Shown here: positions 1 to 8,784 of the stretch, in pieces | How the letters are laid out: the number at the start of each line of letters is the position of its first letter | How positions within the stretch are numbered: position 1 is the stretch's first letter | Assembly: GCF_001735745.1 (NCBI RefSeq) | Contig: NZ_CP017260.1 | Span: 420,001 to 452,000, forward strand | Reading direction: 5' to 3' | Length of the DNA stretch: 32,000 nucleotides | From: Formosa sp. Hel1_33_131 | GTDB taxonomy: Bacteria; Bacteroidota; Bacteroidia; Flavobacteriales; Flavobacteriaceae | Program-made: the position numbers and the translations under genes | Notes under the pieces: generated by a model | What the model was told of the DNA's origin: nothing | What the model saw: the letters and a program-made list of their open reading frames with translations, nothing else | Databases searched by the model: none

Positions 1-253
1 CAATTCCTAAACCAATTTGCTCGTAGTATTTATGAGCAAATTTTGAATCAATGTGCTTCCCTACCCGATTGATTTTTACCAATACCTCCACTTCATGGTG
101 TACCTCATCAGAGAAGTCTGGAATAAAAAAGGGTTGTTTTTTTAAAAGGATAGCGGTATCAGGTTTCAAAAAGATGACCGGTTCTGTGGGCTTTTCATTT
201 TTGAGTTCTGAGATGTGTTGCGCATAATTACGCCCAATACAAATGAGCTTCAT
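1..253 (-). CDS. Fumarylacetoacetate hydrolase (FAH) family protein, N-terminal part; the gene runs off the left edge
   Basis: Own minus-strand translation from the ATG at 253-251: MKLICIGRNYAQHISELKNEKPTEPVIFLKPDTAILLKKQPFFIPDFSDEVHHEVEVLVKINRVGKHI... The CIGRNY..H..E......P..FLKP pattern is a typical N-terminus of FAH-fold hydratase/isomerase enzymes. It is absent from the ORF track because it is truncated by the window edge. Confidence 0.6.
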   Translation of the reverse strand, partial: MKLICIGRNYAQHISELKNEKPTEPVIFLKPDTAILLKKQPFFIPDFSDEVHHEVEVLVKINRVGKHIDSKFAHKYYEQIGLGI

Positions 254-1030
254 CTATTGCAGTTTATTGTTGAATGCACGCAACTTAATCGCTGTTAACA
301 CCTTTTTGGTGTAAAGTGGAAAATCTGCTGAAAGCAACCATCCAAAATAACCCGGTTCTTTTTCAAGAATTTCAGTGACTTTTTTGCCGTTGTGTTTTCC
401 GAAAGAGAAACACTCATCGCCTTCCTTATCATAGGCAATAAAACCAGCAAAATCCGCAAGTTTTTTGCGAGAACTAAAGTCTGCTAAAAAGCTTGTGTCA
501 TTTTCTAAATCCTCATAGCGGTCTAACTGCGCTTTTAAAACCTCATAAGTCGCCATGGTGTCGGCTTCTGCACTGTGTGCACCTTCGAGACTTCGATCGC
601 AATAAAACTTAAATGCAGCTGTCAGGGTGCGTTGTTCCATTTTATGAAAAATAGTTTGCACATCTACCGACTGTCGGTTTTTCATGTCAAAGTCGATGCC
701 TGCTCTTAGCATTTCTTCTGCTAATAAGGGAATATCAAAACGGTTGGAGTTAAAGCCTCCTAAATCAGAATCTTTAATCCATGTATTAATTTCTTTTGCA
801 AGTTCATTAAATGTAGGTTCATTAGCCACCTTTTCGTTAGTGATGCCATGCACCGCTATGACTACATCAGGAATTTGCATTTCTGGATTTACGAGCCAGG
901 TTTTCTTTTCCTCAGTACCATTTGGATTTACTTTTAAGATCGAAATCTCTACAATTCGATCTTTGGTAATACTGACTCCTGTTGTTTCTAAATCAAAGAA
1001 ACAGATGGGTTTATTTAGGTTTAATTGCAT
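254..1030 (-). CDS. DEDDh 3'-5' exonuclease (DnaQ / DNA polymerase III epsilon-like family)
   Basis: 258-aa ORF with exonuclease motifs in order: FFDLETTG (Exo I), GFNSNRFDIPLL (Exo II) and HSAEADTMAT (Exo III, H-x4-D). Confidence 0.8.
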   Translation of the reverse strand: MQLNLNKPICFFDLETTGVSITKDRIVEISILKVNPNGTEEKKTWLVNPEMQIPDVVIAVHGITNEKVANEPTFNELAKEINTWIKDSDLGGFNSNRFDIPLLAEEMLRAGIDFDMKNRQSVDVQTIFHKMEQRTLTAAFKFYCDRSLEGAHSAEADTMATYEVLKAQLDRYEDLENDTSFLADFSSRKKLADFAGFIAYDKEGDECFSFGKHNGKKVTEILEKEPGYFGWLLSADFPLYTKKVLTAIKLRAFNNKLQ

Positions 1031-1032
1031 AA

Positions 1033-2352
1033 TTATAGTGTTCTATTTTCGTCCCAAGCTTCTAGGTACTCTTTAACTGTTTTCAAGAATTGACCGCCTA
1101 AAGCTCCGTTCACAACTCTGTGATCATAAGAATGTGACAAAAACATACGTTGTCTAATTCCGATAAAATCGCCTTCGCTGGTTTCAATTACGGCAGGTAC
1201 TTTTCGAATGGCACCAAGTGCAAGAATACCAACTTGCGGTTGGTTGATAATGGGTGTTCCCATGATACTTCCAAACCCACCAACATTGGTTACTGTATAG
1301 GTTCCATCTTGAATATCATCTGGTTTGAGCTGATTGGTACGTGCGCGCAGTGCTAGATCATTCACACGCTTGGTCATTCCAATAAGGTTTAATTGATCTG
1401 CATTTTTAATGACAGGAACAATTAAGTTGCCGTCTTCCAAGGCCGCAGCCATTCCGATATTAATGTTTTTTCGTTTAATTATTTTAGCATCTTGAACAGA
1501 AATATTGAGCATTGGATGTACGGTTAGCGCATGCGCAACAGCTTCCAAAAATATAGGTGTAAATGTAATATTTTGCCCTTCTCGCGCTTTAAAAGTATCT
1601 TTAATTCCCAGTCTCCAGTTCCATATTTTAGTGACATCTACTTCGATAAAAGACTGCACATGTGCCGAGGTCTGAATGGAATCAGTCATGTGTTTAGACA
1701 CCAATTTCCCCATGCGAGACATTTCAATAATTTCATCTTCTCCGCGACTTACTACAGGGCTTGCTGTAGAGGGGCTCGGCGTGGATGATACGCTCGGTGC
1801 GATGGACACGCTTGGTGCTTTTACTTCAACTGGAGCAGCTTGTGATTTATTTGTTAAGTAAGATAGGATGTCATTTTTGGTGACTCTGCCTTCTTTACCA
1901 GAACCTTTAATGGCGTCTAATTCAGATTGAGAGACCCCTTCTTTTTTAGCTATATTTTTTACTAATGGCGAATAAAAACGTGCATCATTAGAACTAATTG
2001 GGCTTACCGTTTCTTGAACCTTTGCAATAGAGGACTCTAATTGCACCACCGCTTCGGGTTCAGTATCCACTACAGTTTCTGGAGTTGGAGCTGCACTTAC
2101 AGGAGCATCAGTTTCTGTTTCTATAATGGCGATGGTTTGTCCTACTTCGACAATGGCATCCACTTCAAATAGTTTTTGAATTAAAATTCCTTCAACTTCA
2201 CTCGGCACTTCACTGTCCACCTTATCCGTTGCAATTTCTAACACTGCTTCGTCGGCTTCGATCTTTTCTCCAACGTCTTTGAGCCATGCGGTTAGCGTGG
2301 CTTCGGCTACACTCTCACCCATTTTGGGTAATTTAAGTTCAAATTTTGCCAT
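1033..2352 (-). CDS. 2-oxoacid dehydrogenase complex E2 component (dihydrolipoamide acyltransferase)
   Basis: 439 aa. It has an N-terminal lipoyl domain (LEIATDKVDSEVPS with the lipoyl-lysine context), an Ala/Pro/Ser-rich linker, an E3/E1-binding segment (SPLVKNIAKKEGV...GSGKEGRVTKNDI), and a C-terminal catalytic domain with the active-site motif SYDHRVVNGA. Confidence 0.85.
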   Translation of the reverse strand: MAKFELKLPKMGESVAEATLTAWLKDVGEKIEADEAVLEIATDKVDSEVPSEVEGILIQKLFEVDAIVEVGQTIAIIETETDAPVSAAPTPETVVDTEPEAVVQLESSIAKVQETVSPISSNDARFYSPLVKNIAKKEGVSQSELDAIKGSGKEGRVTKNDILSYLTNKSQAAPVEVKAPSVSIAPSVSSTPSPSTASPVVSRGEDEIIEMSRMGKLVSKHMTDSIQTSAHVQSFIEVDVTKIWNWRLGIKDTFKAREGQNITFTPIFLEAVAHALTVHPMLNISVQDAKIIKRKNINIGMAAALEDGNLIVPVIKNADQLNLIGMTKRVNDLALRARTNQLKPDDIQDGTYTVTNVGGFGSIMGTPIINQPQVGILALGAIRKVPAVIETSEGDFIGIRQRMFLSHSYDHRVVNGALGGQFLKTVKEYLEAWDENRTL

Positions 2353-2423
2353 AGTTTTATGCGAATAGGTAAATTAATATAGGCTACAAAATTAACTAAA
2401 ATAGATGGAATTATTAAGAAATA

Positions 2424-3512
2424 TTAGAATTGTATTACGTCTCCTACACTATCAGCCGAATTACTCCCAAGAATATAGTTGCAATTTTTGGGTTGAATTT
2501 TAAAAATAGACTGTTTTGTATTAGAAGCCTGCATCTGGTCAATAATCGACTTAAAGGATAAACTCGAGGCATCCAAAATTATTTCAAAGTTGGAATCAAT
2601 TTCATCAACTGAAGAGATGATTTTTGGGTTTAATTTTTCAACTAATTGAGCGTTGGAATTCGTTGAAACTAAAACAGGCTTAAACTTGATTTCTGGTTGA
2701 TGCTGTTTAAATGGCTTAATGAGGGTAAATAGTTTAATTCCAAAAAAGACGCCTAAATCAAATAGCACATTGGATTTAAAATGTTTTTTGTAAAATATCT
2801 GCATGGCGCCATAAAAACGTTTGAAATAAATGGCATTCCTTCGTGTACTTTCTCCCTTATAATGGATCACTGTAGTGCCGCCATAATAATAGTTATCATA
2901 CCCTTTTTTAAGTGATTTAAAAGAAAAATCAATGTCTTCTCCGTACATGAAATAATCTTCATCAAAGCCCTCTAAGGAGTTATATAGTGAACGCTTCAAT
3001 ACCATAAAAGCACCAACTAAAACCTCTACTCTTGCAGTTTCATACTCCATAATATGATTGGCATAGTAGTGTTGAGAATTTCCTAAGACTTTTTTAATTG
3101 CAATATCAACAAGCGGAATATTTCGTTTGCTTTCTGGAAGGTATTTCCCAGAACCATCAATCAATCGACAGCCTATGACCCCTAAATTTGTTTGTTTCTC
3201 TGCAAAATCAAGAATGGATTCAAAGGTGTCTTCTGCAACGACCGTATCTGGATTTAGAATGCAGACATACTCGCCTTTTGCGACTTGAACGGCTTGATTA
3301 TTGGCTTTTGAAAACCCTATATTGGAGTTGTTTTCAATTAAAACCACAGAAGGAAATTTTTCTTTCACCATCGTGCAACTACCATCCTTGGAATCATTGT
3401 CTATGACAATAATTTCTGAAGGAATATTCTCTAAAGAAGCCTCTACACTCTGCAAGCACAGCTCGAGAAAGTAGCGAACATTATAATTTAGAATGACAAC
3501 GGAGAGTTTCAA
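2424..3512 (-). CDS. Family 2 glycosyltransferase
   Basis: 362 aa. The N-terminus LSVVILNYNVRYFLELCL...IVIDNDSKDGS...NIGFSKANNQA...LNPDT and the later DEDYFMYGEDIDFS form a canonical GT2 (GT-A, DxD) pattern. Confidence 0.8.
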   Translation of the reverse strand: MKLSVVILNYNVRYFLELCLQSVEASLENIPSEIIVIDNDSKDGSCTMVKEKFPSVVLIENNSNIGFSKANNQAVQVAKGEYVCILNPDTVVAEDTFESILDFAEKQTNLGVIGCRLIDGSGKYLPESKRNIPLVDIAIKKVLGNSQHYYANHIMEYETARVEVLVGAFMVLKRSLYNSLEGFDEDYFMYGEDIDFSFKSLKKGYDNYYYGGTTVIHYKGESTRRNAIYFKRFYGAMQIFYKKHFKSNVLFDLGVFFGIKLFTLIKPFKQHQPEIKFKPVLVSTNSNAQLVEKLNPKIISSVDEIDSNFEIILDASSLSFKSIIDQMQASNTKQSIFKIQPKNCNYILGSNSADSVGDVIQF

Positions 3513-3518
3513 AATAAA

Positions 3519-4136
3519 TTAGGATTTAAGAGAGAGTTCAAATGGAATTCTATTGGTAATACTTCGTCCAAGCGTGACTTCGTCGGCATATTCTAATTCG
3601 TCTCCAACAGAAATTCCGCGGGCGATGGTAGAGATGACGACCTCTGTATCTTGAATTTGTTTAAAAATATAAAAATTAGTGGTATCTCCTTCCATCGTAG
3701 AACTCAACGCAAAAATGAGCTCTTTAGTATTCCCCGTACGAACTTTTTCAATGAGACTGTTAATTTTTAAATCGTGAGGTCCTACGCCATCCATGGGAGA
3801 GATTTTACCGCCCAATACATGATAGACGCCTCTATACGAAGACGTACCCTCAATAGCCATGACGTCTCTGATGTCTTCCACCACACACACCACATCTTGT
3901 TGACGGTTGGTGTTGATGCAAATTTCACACAATTCGGAGTCACTAATATTGTGACAGTTCTTACAAAAATTAATATTTTGGCGCATCTTCTGCAAGGCTT
4001 CCGTCAAGTGAAGTGTTTGCGACTCTGGCTGACGCATCAAATGAAGCACAAGCCGTAAAGCGGTTCGACGTCCGATGCCGGGCAATTGCGCAACTTCGTC
4101 CACGGCGCTTTGTAATAATTTAGAAGAAAATTCCAT
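3519..4136 (-). CDS. recR: Recombination protein RecR
   Basis: 205 aa with a helix-hairpin-helix N-terminus ([12 protein letters not shown]), a C4 zinc finger ([16 protein letters not shown]) and a Toprim region ([14 protein letters not shown]...). Confidence 0.9.
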   Translation of the reverse strand: MEFSSKLLQSAVDEVAQLPGIGRRTALRLVLHLMRQPESQTLHLTEALQKMRQNINFCKNCHNISDSELCEICINTNRQQDVVCVVEDIRDVMAIEGTSSYRGVYHVLGGKISPMDGVGPHDLKINSLIEKVRTGNTKELIFALSSTMEGDTTNFYIFKQIQDTEVVISTIARGISVGDELEYADEVTLGRSITNRIPFELSLKS

Positions 4137-4208
4137 GACGCAAATTTAGATAAAATTAAACGAATTTATGTCATGAAATTAAACATCTCTAAACACTCAA
4201 AACAGTGC

Positions 4209-7199
4209 TTAGTTTATAATTAATTTTTTAGTGATTTCTTGATTTAATGTATTTACTTTTAGGAAATACAGTCCTTGTGGAGCCTGTAGTTCTATTTCAG
4301 GATTTTGGGATAGATCTCTGTTTTTCTCATAAAAAACCAACTTCCCAAGGGGATCAAAAATTTTGATTGTCACTGGATCGTTTAATTTCCAATTCAATTT
4401 AAAAGTTCCCGTTGTTGGATTTGGTGACACGATCAAATCTGATATTTGTAAATTGTCCACTCCTAAAGCGTCCGGATCAAACAAGTTAACACGCCAAAGT
4501 CCACGTCCATAAGTTGCAACGTATAGCTTACTATCTGCCGTATTTATTTCAAGTTCACGAACTTGAATATTTGGCAGTCCTGTATCATAAGACGTCCAAG
4601 TTGTTTCATTATTTCTGAGGTAATAGACTCCATAATTCATCCCTAAGTATAATATATCTTCATTGTAAGTCGTATCCCACACCAATGCCAAGGCACTAAA
4701 ATTTGGTAAGTCATGAGATTCAACACTCCAATTTTCGCCACCATCACTTGAAATATAAACCTTATCGTTGGAATTTGTTGCAATCGCTAACTTATTTGAA
4801 ATTGTAGGATGAATGGCAATCGAATTAATGTTTCCAGAAAATCCTGTTACTTGCGTCCAATCTCCTTCTGATCCTCCATTTGTGGTTTTGTAAAGGTTCT
4901 CTCCAAATGCAGCATATAGGGTATTGCTATCAGAGGGTGCTATTTTTAAATGATTTGCAGTACTACCAAAATCTTGAGAGATAGAACTCCAAGTAGCTCC
5001 TGCATCAAGGGATTTATATATTTCACGGTATCCAGAGTATAATGTAGCACCAACATTAGGATCCTGTTCAAAAGGGGTGACCCAGCTACCGTCTGGACCT
5101 TCAACATCATCAAAATATCCATGGTTGATCCAACTATAACTTGCTCCTTGATCGTATGATTTGTATAAAGTCCCATTTTGGGAGGTTCCATACAAAATAT
5201 TAGAATCTGAATGGTCTACAAATGACTCCATTCCATCAGCCCCTAACCAATCGTACCAGATGCCATCGGCTCTATAAACAGAAGTCCCATTATCTTGAGA
5301 TCCTCCGGAAACAATCACAGGATCTGTTTGACTGATTCCAATTTTATAAAATTGACGAATTCCCAAACCAGCGGTTAAATCGGTATAGTAAGTACTACTA
5401 ACATTCAGTGGGTCATTAGCAACAAAAATACCGCCATCACTCCCCACATATATTTTGTCATTATGATAAATCATAAGATCAATGTCTGCATGGCAGTACC
5501 CAATATTTTGATCTGCTGCATTTCCAGGCACCCATTGTGAAGTAATATTAAAATCGGTTCCACCATTTGTAGAACGCCATGATAAAATCCCTGCAATATG
5601 AACATCCTCTGCATCAGATGGGTTGACAATAACATCCATATCTCTTGGTGCCTGACCTCTATCGTCACTTGCATCAGATGTATACCCAAAATAATTTTTC
5701 CCTGTATGGTCTAATTTAGTAAAATTGGCACCACTGTCAGTAGATTTATAAAACCCTCCAAATATGCCGCCAGCTGCTTCTAGTATATACACAACATCCG
5801 GATTATCAGCAGAAACACCTATCATTTTTGGACCATTTGAAAAATCATTATCACTCAATTCAAACCCATTTTCGAAAATAATACCCAATGAAGAATCTTC
5901 AATGGATACGGCATCTAAAGTTGTGGGTTTTCCATAATTATTAGTCACTTCAAATGCAATATAATAATCGTCTGAAGCATCTGGTAAAGCTAATGTAACA
6001 TTTTGCCAATTTGGCACTGAGTCAGGATAGTTCGCTAATTCTATCCATTCACCATTAATAGATGTTTTGTAAAGTACTCGAAACCCATTTAAGTAGGGAC
6101 CAAGCCATCTAAGATTCGAAAAAGAAAAATTGAGTTCTGGCGATGCTGCATTACTCAAATCTAAAGCCGGAGTAACTAATCTTGTAATTGGATTCTCATA
6201 ACTTGGCAAGTAAAAATTCGCCATCATATCTCCTTGAACAGGACTAACAGAGCCCCAAGGATTTGATGCCCCAATAGTCCAATTTGTTTGACCTTGCACA
6301 TTTTCTTGAGTCCAAGGGCTAAACAAATCATCGTAAAAGGTTAAACCGCCATCCGTGGATTTAAAAAATAAATTTCCAGATGCGTAAATCGTATTGGTAT
6401 CTCCAGGCTTAAACTCTACGTCGTAGCCTCGACTAGAGCTACCGTGGATTTTCTCCCAATTGACACCAGCATCCGTAGATTGAAAAACTCCAGAAGATTC
6501 TGTTGAACAAAATAGTTGATTCGTATTCGATGGATTGATTAAAATTTTATTTACATTTCCATTTCCTGTATCGGCTAATTCGTTCCAAGTTGCCCCGGCA
6601 TCTGTAGATTTAAAAATAACACCACTATTACTTCCCCAAAAATAAATATTAGAATTTGTGGGATGGATCGTTAATGCATACACATTAATATTAGAGAGGT
6701 TATCTGTTAATGCATTCCAAGTCGCACTCCCATCTGTGGTTTTCCAAACTCCACCAGTTGGGGAACCTATAATCATATGATTCTCGTTATTAGGATCAAT
6801 TCCTATACTTGTGATTCGTCCCACTCCTGGATTCCACCCCGAAGTTTGATTCCACTCATAAGGCCCTAACTGTTCCCAATTGGCAACCCTACGTCTTTGT
6901 CCCAATTGCGTGGAATTATTTTTGTAAGAGTTATAACGTTCTAGTTCGTTATAGTAAAACGAAGGCGATTTTAAAAGTCCATTGTCATCTTGCATACGAA
7001 GTGCATCATACTCCCAACGTTTGTAACTTTTATAACCCGTTCCTCTACCTTTATCTCGATTTTCAAAATAAGCTTCTGCAGCATTTTGAACTTCTAAAAC
7101 TGTATATTGGTTTGAGTTCATCATCTCAAGATAGTCTTGAGCTTCAATAGATAAAAATGACAATAGGAAAACCCCTAAAATAAAGGTTGATTTTTTCAT
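4209..7199 (-). CDS. Secreted BNR/Asp-box repeat (sortilin-Vps10 / GH74-like beta-propeller) protein with a T9SS C-terminal sorting domain; the long paralog, carrying an extra internal domain
   Basis: 996 aa with an N-terminal signal peptide (MKKSTFILGVFLLSFLSIEAQ). It has many S-x-D-x-G-x-T-W type Asp-boxes (TTDGSATWNAL, STDAGATWNEL, STDAGVNWEKI, SLDAGATWSSI, SSDGGENWSV). The C-terminus (VSPNPTTGTFKL...IKIFDPLGKLVF...GLYFLKVNT...KKLIIN) is typical of Por/T9SS type A sorting domains. Confidence 0.75.
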   Translation of the reverse strand: MKKSTFILGVFLLSFLSIEAQDYLEMMNSNQYTVLEVQNAAEAYFENRDKGRGTGYKSYKRWEYDALRMQDDNGLLKSPSFYYNELERYNSYKNNSTQLGQRRRVANWEQLGPYEWNQTSGWNPGVGRITSIGIDPNNENHMIIGSPTGGVWKTTDGSATWNALTDNLSNINVYALTIHPTNSNIYFWGSNSGVIFKSTDAGATWNELADTGNGNVNKILINPSNTNQLFCSTESSGVFQSTDAGVNWEKIHGSSSRGYDVEFKPGDTNTIYASGNLFFKSTDGGLTFYDDLFSPWTQENVQGQTNWTIGASNPWGSVSPVQGDMMANFYLPSYENPITRLVTPALDLSNAASPELNFSFSNLRWLGPYLNGFRVLYKTSINGEWIELANYPDSVPNWQNVTLALPDASDDYYIAFEVTNNYGKPTTLDAVSIEDSSLGIIFENGFELSDNDFSNGPKMIGVSADNPDVVYILEAAGGIFGGFYKSTDSGANFTKLDHTGKNYFGYTSDASDDRGQAPRDMDVIVNPSDAEDVHIAGILSWRSTNGGTDFNITSQWVPGNAADQNIGYCHADIDLMIYHNDKIYVGSDGGIFVANDPLNVSSTYYTDLTAGLGIRQFYKIGISQTDPVIVSGGSQDNGTSVYRADGIWYDWLGADGMESFVDHSDSNILYGTSQNGTLYKSYDQGASYSWINHGYFDDVEGPDGSWVTPFEQDPNVGATLYSGYREIYKSLDAGATWSSISQDFGSTANHLKIAPSDSNTLYAAFGENLYKTTNGGSEGDWTQVTGFSGNINSIAIHPTISNKLAIATNSNDKVYISSDGGENWSVESHDLPNFSALALVWDTTYNEDILYLGMNYGVYYLRNNETTWTSYDTGLPNIQVRELEINTADSKLYVATYGRGLWRVNLFDPDALGVDNLQISDLIVSPNPTTGTFKLNWKLNDPVTIKIFDPLGKLVFYEKNRDLSQNPEIELQAPQGLYFLKVNTLNQEITKKLIIN

Positions 7200-7252
7200 A
7201 ATAAAGTTATAATTGGTTAACTTCGTAAAAGTAATCTAATTTACTTTAACAC

Positions 7253-8710
7253 ATGAGTTCCTTTTTAATTTTAACGCTCCTTTTAGGTTATTTTTTAGTT
7301 TTAATCCTCATTTCTTTCTTAACGGGAAAAAACGATTCTAATGTCGATTTTTTTAAAGCGGGTAAACAATCACCTTGGTATCTAGTGGCTTTTGGAATGA
7401 TTGGCGCGTCGCTGTCGGGAGTTACTTTTATATCTGTTCCAGGTTGGGTAGAAGCATCTCAGTTTAGTTATTTTCAAGTTGTCTTGGGTTATATGGTGGG
7501 TTACGTTGTGGTCGCTTTTGTGCTGCTTCCTGTGTATTATAAATTAAATTTAACATCCATTTACGAGTATCTTTTTCAACGCTTTGGATTTGTAAGTCAT
7601 AAAACGGGGGCCTTTTTCTTTTTTATATCCCGAGTTTTAGGTGCTGCATTTCGATTGTATTTAGTAGCGATTGTGTTGCAGCAATTTGTTTTTAGTGATT
7701 GGAATGTCCCTTTCGAAATCACTGTTATCATTTCAATTTTATTAATCTGGATTTATACGTTTAGAGGGGGTATTAAAACCATTGTTTGGACGGATACGCT
7801 TCAAACCTTGTTTATGATTACTGCGGTGGTATTGTCCATTTATTTTATTACGGATAGTTTGGGGTGGAGTTTCACAGAGTTTTTAGCCTCAGACGAACTA
7901 AAATCTTACAGTACTATTTTTAATACGGATAGCATTTTAGATAAAAATTACTTTCTGAAATCCTTTTTTGGAGGTCTGTTTGTTACGATTTGCATGACGG
8001 GATTGGATCAGGATATGATGCAAAAAAACTTGACGTGCAAATCACTTAAGGATGCTCAGAAAAATATGCTTTCGTTCAGTGTTGTACTTACATTCGTAAC
8101 CTTTTTATTTATGCTGCTGGGAGCTCTTTTGTTTATTTATGCCAAACAAAATAATATTGCGATTCCGTTATTGGACGGCAAACCCAAAACAGATTTATTA
8201 TTTCCAGAAATCGCCCTCAATAGTGGATTGGGAATCACGCTAGGCATCACTTTTATCCTTGGATTGATAGCCGCTGCGTATAGCAGTGCCGATAGTGCCC
8301 TGACTTCTTTGACGACGTCTTTTTGTGTGGACATCCTAGACATGAAAGACAAATCCGAACAAGAACAAAAAACGATTCGTAAAAAAACACATATCGGCAT
8401 GAGTGTGCTTTTGGTGGTGGTCATCATCGCGTTCAAATACACGCTAAACTCCAATGTGATTAGCAGCTTATTGACCGTGGCGGGTTATACCTACGGGCCT
8501 CTTTTAGGGTTGTTTGCTTTTGGAATTTTTACAGACTATAAAATAAAAGACCGCTATGTCTGGATGGTCGCCTTGGTTTCGGTTGCAATTGTATTTATGC
8601 TTGGGAATATACCCGCAGAAAACTTAGGGGGCTATGTGATTGGCTACGAGCTTCTGCCTCTTAATGGGCTCTTTACTTTTATAGGATTAATGTTGATTCG
8701 ACGTAAATAA
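7253..8710 (+). CDS. Sodium:solute symporter (SSS) family transporter
   Basis: 485 aa and highly hydrophobic with multiple predicted TM segments. The N-terminal pattern [34 protein letters not shown] is typical of SSS-family permeases. Substrate cannot be inferred. Confidence 0.75.
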   Translation: MSSFLILTLLLGYFLVLILISFLTGKNDSNVDFFKAGKQSPWYLVAFGMIGASLSGVTFISVPGWVEASQFSYFQVVLGYMVGYVVVAFVLLPVYYKLNLTSIYEYLFQRFGFVSHKTGAFFFFISRVLGAAFRLYLVAIVLQQFVFSDWNVPFEITVIISILLIWIYTFRGGIKTIVWTDTLQTLFMITAVVLSIYFITDSLGWSFTEFLASDELKSYSTIFNTDSILDKNYFLKSFFGGLFVTICMTGLDQDMMQKNLTCKSLKDAQKNMLSFSVVLTFVTFLFMLLGALLFIYAKQNNIAIPLLDGKPKTDLLFPEIALNSGLGITLGITFILGLIAAAYSSADSALTSLTTSFCVDILDMKDKSEQEQKTIRKKTHIGMSVLLVVVIIAFKYTLNSNVISSLLTVAGYTYGPLLGLFAFGIFTDYKIKDRYVWMVALVSVAIVFMLGNIPAENLGGYVIGYELLPLNGLFTFIGLMLIRRK

Positions 8711-8784
8711 CCTCAACTATAAAAGGCGACTTAATGTTAGATTAGCCGCCTATATATCTTCGAGTGTTACAGAAATATTAGAAC

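Noticed and set aside
684-1861. Several 60-130-aa plus-strand ORFs (684..1076, 1150..1356, 1531..1788, 1676..1861)
   Set aside because: All are antisense shadows inside the well-supported exonuclease and E2 genes, and none has a recognisable motif.
4946-5689. Small minus-strand ORFs (4946..5191, 5471..5689) and analogous ones at 9528..9869 and 10068..10256
   Set aside because: They are alternative frames inside the two large BNR/T9SS genes, and their recurrence simply reflects the paralogy of the host genes.
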